Shown piece after piece: positions 27,874 to 33,503 of a DNA stretch of 33,503 nucleotides. Each line of letters begins with the position of its first letter. Position 1 is the stretch's first letter. A program made the position numbers and the translations under genes. Source of the stretch: Candidatus Thorarchaeota archaeon (GTDB taxonomy: Archaea > Asgardarchaeota > Thorarchaeia > Thorarchaeales > Thorarchaeaceae); contig DXJO01000002.1 of NCBI GenBank assembly GCA_019057475.1, forward strand, positions 1 through 33,503, given 5' to 3'. The notes beneath the pieces are model-generated. The model was not told where the DNA came from, ran no database searches, and saw only the letters and a list, made by a program, of their open reading frames with translations.

Positions 27874-29589
27874 TTACGGGGGGGTAATGTTCGCGAATTT
27901 CAGCTCGATATAACCCCTGCGGTACAGCTCAGAAAATACCGTAATCAGAATCGCTTCATCGATGCCTACCTGTGATGCGATACTCTCAATGCTGCGAGTA
28001 CCATCAGCGAATCCAAGAATCAGCTCGGAGTGTGAGTACAGGCTTAGCACTTGGGCATCTGGTTTCTGGATGACTTCTGGAATATCACTTGCGATAATCA
28101 GCAACTTCGTGTCAATTGCGCCCATTCTCTTTAGGTAGTGCAGCGCGCCAAGAACCATTCCCGGGCCTTTTCCGATCACTAGTTGCGAAAGCGGTGTTTG
28201 TCCATCGATACTCTTCCAGACTGTCTGCAAGAATTTGCTCATAAAGTCAGACCGAAACCAAAGCCAATCAGGCTCCTCTATCCGAGTTGGACAAGTTCTG
28301 TCAGACCAATTCTCAGGGGGAAGAGTTGCAAGAAGCTTAATCATGAAAGGACCATAGGAATACAGGTCTCTTGAGTCCTCAGTTTCCTCAGGCATTTCAT
28401 CGAAGTAGATGTCTGGCAGGATTGAGAAGCGTGACCGCACCAATTCCGGATCTTCTCTGTCGCCGGTTACCAGCGTGAAAATAAGGCTCTCGCGCTCCAG
28501 TATTGCGTATTTCAGCTCCCCAGCCTGAAGCAAGGATGTTTCAGTACGGCCGCTGTCATCCAAATCGAATTGAGAGATTGCTGCAACGACATTGGGAGCT
28601 CGCCTTAGATACTCAGAATCCGATTCGTAGAAATAGGAAAAGTGTGGGGTTCCTGTCATCTTGTCTATAACAAAGAATGCTTGATGCCCAATGTCAGAAT
28701 CTTCTTCCACGGAAGCAGGAGGGCCTTCTTCTGTGCCCAGATGATCAACCACCCATGTTTCTCGAGCCAGTTCAGGATGCATATCCGTGAATCCAGCCAT
28801 AGCCAAGGCAGAGAGCAACAGGTCTGTAGGGTTACTAGAAACTGAATCGCAAAGATCGATGTCTAGAAGGAGTTCTAATCTGCGGGCGAACTCAAGCTCT
28901 TCATCGGATCCTGGAACAACTAGGATTGTTGCCTCGGAGTTAGCCTTAATCCTATCGATGACCTTACCCAGATCGAGGGCTGAAGGCAATGGTCGAGCAA
29001 TCACGAATACGAAGATATCCACCTGTTTCAGATAGTCGGGCCACTTCGCCTTGGGAACTTCTGCCGTTGTATGCCGCATCGCGACGACATCATACGGCCC
29101 AATTGAAACCGGTTTTGCGTAGCGAGATGATTTGTCACCCAGGCGTGTTATGAGCATTGCCACCGCTGAGCCCGACTTGTCTTCAGGAGTAGGCGAAGAA
29201 GCTGAGAAGAAGCAGATAGATAGACGCTTCTTCAGACTACCGGCAACTATGTCATTGAACGATTGTCTAGCAGCTCTTATCGATATTTCCGATGCTAGAA
29301 TTTTGAATGCTTCATCCAGCTCTTGCATGGCAGCGATGTCGTCCGCTGAGATTTCAGATGAACTGGTGAATCCTGCAATCAAAGTCACCTTATCAACTTG
29401 AACGAGGCAAACATTCCAGGCATCCACTTCAAGCAGTATATACTTGTCAAGGGTTTCTACCTTAGCCAACTCGAAGAATTTCTGAATAACAGACTGAAGA
29501 ATTTCCTCACCCGGGGCCTTCTTGGAAAAGGAGATGGAAGCTAGCACCTTTGTGCCACGAAGGTCATACAACGCCGCAGCTTCAATCAT
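27874..29589 (-). CDS. paralogue of the adjacent GTPase fusion: longin - degenerate GTPase-like domain - longin - two winged helices
   Basis: Same block order as 25848..27773 (AALYDLRG longin; VDIFVFVI and TILVV core strands; FFVIDKMTG longin; IDGQTPL and ADGTRSIESIA wHTH), but with no GxxxxGK[ST], DxxG or NKxD. Confidence 0.8.
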   Translation of the reverse strand: MIEAAALYDLRGTKVLASISFSKKAPGEEILQSVIQKFFELAKVETLDKYILLEVDAWNVCLVQVDKVTLIAGFTSSSEISADDIAAMQELDEAFKILASEISIRAARQSFNDIVAGSLKKRLSICFFSASSPTPEDKSGSAVAMLITRLGDKSSRYAKPVSIGPYDVVAMRHTTAEVPKAKWPDYLKQVDIFVFVIARPLPSALDLGKVIDRIKANSEATILVVPGSDEELEFARRLELLLDIDLCDSVSSNPTDLLLSALAMAGFTDMHPELARETWVVDHLGTEEGPPASVEEDSDIGHQAFFVIDKMTGTPHFSYFYESDSEYLRRAPNVVAAISQFDLDDSGRTETSLLQAGELKYAILERESLIFTLVTGDREDPELVRSRFSILPDIYFDEMPEETEDSRDLYSYGPFMIKLLATLPPENWSDRTCPTRIEEPDWLWFRSDFMSKFLQTVWKSIDGQTPLSQLVIGKGPGMVLGALHYLKRMGAIDTKLLIIASDIPEVIQKPDAQVLSLYSHSELILGFADGTRSIESIASQVGIDEAILITVFSELYRRGYIELKFANITPP

Positions 29590-29669
29590 TCAATTCCTAC
29601 TCCGCTCTCAACAGTCTAGTAGAACTGCATTACCGAGTTATTAACTCATCAGGGATATCTATCCACGAA

Positions 29670-30911
29670 TCAGTTTAGCCTGCCACGCCTTCTGAGGAAC
29701 TCATCCATCTTCAGCAGGCCCCTTAAGAGCCGCTGGTAATCTGAATTAAGCCAGTAGTTCTCGTAAGTACACTCCTCAGACCCTCCGCCTGAAGGAATCA
29801 TCGGCAGGTCTGAGATGGCTTCTGACACATTAATTGGGGGCGGATAAGCGGCTGATGTCATCCTTGCGTCCTCTCGCTGACGACCTCTTGTGACGGAGGA
29901 AAATGAAGGAAGTGGCGATTCCAATTTCCTGCCAGTTCTGTTAGCGAGGACAACCAAGCGCCTACGTCTCTGAGGAACACCGTATTGTTCTGCATTCAAC
30001 TGAAAACAATGACAACTGTATCCAAATGATTCCAGAAACTCGATTGTCTTGCGTAGTACCTTGCCATTCTGCATGTGCCGCATTCCAGGAACATTCTCAA
30101 TTACGGCATAATCTGGCATGAACTCACTAACAATCTCCAGCATGGGAACAATCAAGCTGTTTCTCATGTCAGCGGGGTCTCGCTTTCCCGCCGTTGAGAA
30201 GCCTTGACACGGAGGGCCCCCTGTCACTATTCGAAGTGTTCGCCCTCCAAGCACACCCTCAATCGACTGCTTTAAAGATTCATACTGAACTTCGTCAGCG
30301 ATGTCAGCTTGAACAACAGAAGCATCTGAATGATTGTGTTTCAGAGTCTTGCACATGCTGGTGTTGATATCTGATGCCAGGACTACGCGGTGTCCAGCCT
30401 GCGAAAGGCCTTCTGATATGCCTCCGGCCCCGGCAAATAGATCAACAGCTAGACCTGCCTTAATCGTTTCTCCAATTGCTCTTGCCATTAACGGCGGCAC
30501 AGCGTTGCCAATCTGTTTCCGCATTGAGGCCGCACTGCCGAAGAATCTGTACTCGTCTGGAAACGATTGAAGTCGTGCCGCTTCTCGATGGCTTATCAAG
30601 CGGTCTTGATCAGGGTGAATGAATGTGCCATTTCCTGGGCGATTATAGTAGGTGTTGACTGTGTAGCTTGGATGGTCGCCTCTAAGACGCCCATAGTATG
30701 TAGTCCGTCCTCCAGATGCCCTGATTTGAGTAAGGCGCGAAGACTTTCGTACGGTTTCAAGGGGTATGTCCTTCCAGTTCCCTCCAGGAGGGACTGAGCG
30801 AACCATCTCCATGTCAAGGTCACTTAGAGAAGAACAGACATGGTTGTACAGGAGTCCAGATCCCTTCAAGCCTGATGCAAGCTCAACAGTCGATAACAAC
30901 ATCCAACTCAA
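29670..30911 (-). CDS. circularly permuted DNA (cytosine-5)-methyltransferase, Alw26I/Eco31I/Esp3I type
   Basis: TRD plus motifs IX (REAARLQSFP) and X (QIGNAVPP) come before I (DLFAGAGG), IV (GGPPCQGFS), VI (ENV) and VIII (QRRRR). Start codon uncertain. Confidence 0.92.
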   Translation of the reverse strand: MSWMLLSTVELASGLKGSGLLYNHVCSSLSDLDMEMVRSVPPGGNWKDIPLETVRKSSRLTQIRASGGRTTYYGRLRGDHPSYTVNTYYNRPGNGTFIHPDQDRLISHREAARLQSFPDEYRFFGSAASMRKQIGNAVPPLMARAIGETIKAGLAVDLFAGAGGISEGLSQAGHRVVLASDINTSMCKTLKHNHSDASVVQADIADEVQYESLKQSIEGVLGGRTLRIVTGGPPCQGFSTAGKRDPADMRNSLIVPMLEIVSEFMPDYAVIENVPGMRHMQNGKVLRKTIEFLESFGYSCHCFQLNAEQYGVPQRRRRLVVLANRTGRKLESPLPSFSSVTRGRQREDARMTSAAYPPPINVSEAISDLPMIPSGGGSEECTYENYWLNSDYQRLLRGLLKMDEFLRRRGRLN

Positions 30912-30974
30912 CTAACTGCGCTAATCAATTCATCTTTGAAAACCTTGATAATACAAGCTTGGGGCGATGTATAA

Positions 30975-33209
30975 CTAGGCTATCTCGCTCATTGCAGTCA
31001 TTGTTTCACGAACTTCATCTTGGTTCGCACCCCTTGAGGTCATGACAAACCTCGCTTCATTCAGTCCCAAGCCGTACAAGAGAAACACACGCGCTTCAAC
31101 GCTGGAACTTGGAGAGCTTCCTTTCGATAACATATCCTGTACATCATTGACTATCTCGCCAACGAGATCAGTAATGCGTTGATTCTGAGAATGAGGATCT
31201 GTGATAGGCAGAGATGCCAACTCACGGTTGGAAACATGGTTGTTCGCGTTGCTCAGATCGAACCTCCAGTTAAGGAGATCCGAGTTAAGGATGCCAAGCA
31301 TGTAGGAGAGTAGCCACTCATCTTTCGAGGGGCCCACTGCAACATAATTGCATGAGTTTGCGAGTACGGTCTTAGGTGGGACCATGGCGAATTTGAGACG
31401 CCAGCGTTGTGCACGGTTTGAAACCTGTTGGCAGGCTATCCGCGAATCGAAGATGTGAGGACTTCTCGCAGAGGAACCCAGTGATTTGACAAAGGACGAC
31501 AGTCCAACGCTCTCAGACTCACGTTTGATTGGTCGCAGTGTGTATCGTGAGATGTCAGCTCCTCTGACAAGGCGACTACCCTTCTTGCCTAGTTTGATGT
31601 GTTCCTTGCTCAGCGTGAGGTCAAGCTCACCCCTCCGATTCTGAAGCCAAGGGAGTGAGCCGAGGGTCGGATTCTCGTGAAGCGTTTTCAGTATTCGCCA
31701 TCCTGTTTGATTCACTCTTGGTATCACCATGGATTCACCCATGACCTGTTCGATATCGTCGACTCTGAGTTTCAACCGGGTCTTTGTCTGAGCATCGTGA
31801 ACGTCGCTCAATCCGAAGCTTGCACTCAGACTCTCTGTCGAACTGCACGTTTCAACAGTCATCACACAAACGGATTGAGTAACACCGGGAAACAATCTTG
31901 CACGCTCGGTGTACTCATCTATGCGCAATAAGCAGTGCTTGCTCAATAGATGCCGCCTGAGTAGCCCCGCAGAAATATCTCCAAGGAGTGTGGAGGGAAC
32001 GACGACCCCAAGGCGGCCTCCATGACGGGCCAATCGTAAGGCTTGCTCAATGAATAGACGATAAGTGTTGATCGTGTACCGATTGCCTAGAGCGTACTCT
32101 CCTGAGTTCCTGAAGTACGCTATGTCTTCTCGAAGGTCAACCTTGTAATCCTCAAAGTCCTGCAAGTGAATAGTCCGATCGCCTGACTGAAGGCGCTCTC
32201 TCAAAAACTCGGCCAAATTCGGTTTCAGCCTCTCATAAGGCGGATTCATCACAATGAAATCAAAGCCCCTGGCGCCCCGAGCGAGTATGTCGGGAAACTC
32301 TGATTGCCATTCAAAGGGACACCTAGAGGCGGAATCTTCAAAGAAGCTCGTGTGGTTTGCAGACCCATCCCACCCATTCATCATCACCAATGAGTTGCCT
32401 TGCTTCAATGTTCGCCCCAAGGTGGAGGAGGTCGCAGATGCAGGGTCTTGACCTAGAAGGAGTGCAATGGAAATGCCTGCAATCTCAAGCGCGGCTTTAT
32501 CAATATCTACTCCGAATAGATTCTCGCGCAGTACTCCCGGCAGATTAATAGAAGTCAGACCAACCTTCTTGGCAGCCGCCTCAATTGTTGATCTTCTCCT
32601 TCTGAACGCTTCAATTGCTGATAAGAGAAATGCTCCAGGCCCACATGCGGGGTCGAGTACTTTCAATGAGAGGAATTGCTCAAACTCCTCCAAATCGCCT
32701 TTCTGAATACCTGCAAGTCTTCGATCCAACTCGGCTCCAATAGTCATCTCGCAAATGTAATCCGACACGGTAAGAGGTGTGTAGATTGCACCTAAAGCTC
32801 TCCGAGATGGATGCCCTCTGCGGCCTGCGGGCAGCGAGAAACAGCCGTAGGAGTGTATCTGAGCAAGAAGCTCAGCTAAGTTTCGAGGAGTGGCGGACTT
32901 GACTTTGGCGGCGTAAGCATCGCCGTTCCAAATCTCAAGAGCTGACCGGGCCGTTTCAATTGCATCTCTCGGCGATACTCCATATTTCTCAGCTTCATGC
33001 GAAAGATGAGAGAGTAATGGGACAGGCTTTCTGATGATCTCGTCAGCTTGAGAATCAGTGCACTGTGCAACAGTCCAAGTCAAGGCGGCGATTCTGGCGG
33101 CCTCTGCGGGGGTTCGCATGTCCACTAAGGGTTTGGATGCAATGCCAATTATCTTGGAGTGCAGTGATTTGACAATGCTCCAGGCCAAACCACCGTTTCC
33201 TCTCAACAA
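30975..33209 (-). CDS. N6-adenine DNA methyltransferase (gamma class), Alw26I/Eco31I/Esp3I-like
   Basis: GAIYTP, VLDPACGPGAFL, GVDID, NPPYERLKP, LFPGVTQ, RGELDLT, QQVSN, LANSCNY and NNHVSNREL. Start codon uncertain. Confidence 0.9.
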   Translation of the reverse strand: MLRGNGGLAWSIVKSLHSKIIGIASKPLVDMRTPAEAARIAALTWTVAQCTDSQADEIIRKPVPLLSHLSHEAEKYGVSPRDAIETARSALEIWNGDAYAAKVKSATPRNLAELLAQIHSYGCFSLPAGRRGHPSRRALGAIYTPLTVSDYICEMTIGAELDRRLAGIQKGDLEEFEQFLSLKVLDPACGPGAFLLSAIEAFRRRRSTIEAAAKKVGLTSINLPGVLRENLFGVDIDKAALEIAGISIALLLGQDPASATSSTLGRTLKQGNSLVMMNGWDGSANHTSFFEDSASRCPFEWQSEFPDILARGARGFDFIVMNPPYERLKPNLAEFLRERLQSGDRTIHLQDFEDYKVDLREDIAYFRNSGEYALGNRYTINTYRLFIEQALRLARHGGRLGVVVPSTLLGDISAGLLRRHLLSKHCLLRIDEYTERARLFPGVTQSVCVMTVETCSSTESLSASFGLSDVHDAQTKTRLKLRVDDIEQVMGESMVIPRVNQTGWRILKTLHENPTLGSLPWLQNRRGELDLTLSKEHIKLGKKGSRLVRGADISRYTLRPIKRESESVGLSSFVKSLGSSARSPHIFDSRIACQQVSNRAQRWRLKFAMVPPKTVLANSCNYVAVGPSKDEWLLSYMLGILNSDLLNWRFDLSNANNHVSNRELASLPITDPHSQNQRITDLVGEIVNDVQDMLSKGSSPSSSVEARVFLLYGLGLNEARFVMTSRGANQDEVRETMTAMSEIA

Positions 33210-33339
33210 TGTAATCCCTATCAGGGCAATTCATGTCAAGATGAAAAGGGTATGTAACAGCTGCAGAAAACCTGTATAAAATTGGACATCTCTTAGATGA
33301 ATAGCGAATCGAAGACCCTTTTTTGTAGGTGTTAATATA

Positions 33340-33503
33340 CTCCAGAGAGGGACCTGTACATGTAGTGTCAGTCCAAGACGAGAACCAAGTCCAAGGATGA
33401 CTCTACCGTCAGTTGGCCGGGGACGTAAAATGCCCGTGGAGAGGACGTAAGACTTTCAGTTAATTCTTCAGAATTAACAAAAAGCAACCTCGATGAAGCA
33501 GGA
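33340..33503 (+). mobile_element. 5' part of a non-coding IS200/IS605-type element (putative left end + omega-RNA-like scaffold, no tnpB upstream), truncated by the window end
   Basis: Hairpin GGAC...GTCC(33350-74) followed by AAGA. TACCGTCAG...TGCCCGTGGAGAGG...TGAAGCAGGA resembles tnpB 3'-end/omega-RNA. Colinear with window positions 1-72. Left boundary approximate. Confidence 0.6.

Noticed and set aside
33058-33279. 73-aa ORF considered as a tnpB remnant or RM controller protein
   Set aside because: It is mostly antisense to the methyltransferase. The single CxxC is not accompanied by TnpB zinc-ribbon/RuvC (D..AA.NI) or HTH patterns.
1-33503. Terminal similarity read as circularity of a plasmid or virus, or as a composite transposon
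   Set aside because: The two end copies are clearly diverged rather than identical, and the content is chromosomal housekeeping with no replication, capsid, integrase or transposase genes.
1-33503. CRISPR array, rRNA or canonical tRNA genes
   Set aside because: I found no regularly spaced repeats, and no rRNA-like or cloverleaf sequence with a T-loop in the intergenic gaps.

Overview
A 33.5 kb gene-dense archaeal chromosomal segment, most likely from an Asgard archaeon (Thorarchaeia-like). This is inferred from a longin/Arf-like GTPase fusion, a Sec11-type signal peptidase, a tungsten AOR with MoaD/ThiS-like proteins, and archaeal TATA/SD patterns; no rRNA or marker gene is present to confirm it. 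Most genes are housekeeping or catabolic: Na/Pi cotransporter, aspA, ggt, pirin, MBL-rhodanese, sec11, aor, kbl/bioF-like, ppa, CaCA exchanger, HAD hydrolase, nadA and a beta-CASP nuclease. The most notable items are: (1) both window ends lie in diverged copies of an IS200/IS605-type element with a TnpB omega-RNA-like scaffold and compensatory base changes, and the right copy has no tnpB upstream of its scaffold; (2) a tandem paralogous pair of longin-GTPase-longin-(wHTH)2 proteins, one with an intact Arf-like GTPase and one with an apparent pseudo-GTPase; (3) an unannotated ~88-nt structured RNA candidate with its own TATA box; (4) a ubiquitin-like protein whose GG is masked by an 18-aa tail, next to aor; (5) tandem ModE-like palindromes upstream of aor; (6) an Alw26I/Eco31I/Esp3I-type methyltransferase pair, including a circularly permuted m5C enzyme, with no nuclease in the window; (7) an unannotated 43-aa membrane microprotein with an (EP)6 tail. 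All family assignments come from reading motifs by eye; no searches were run.
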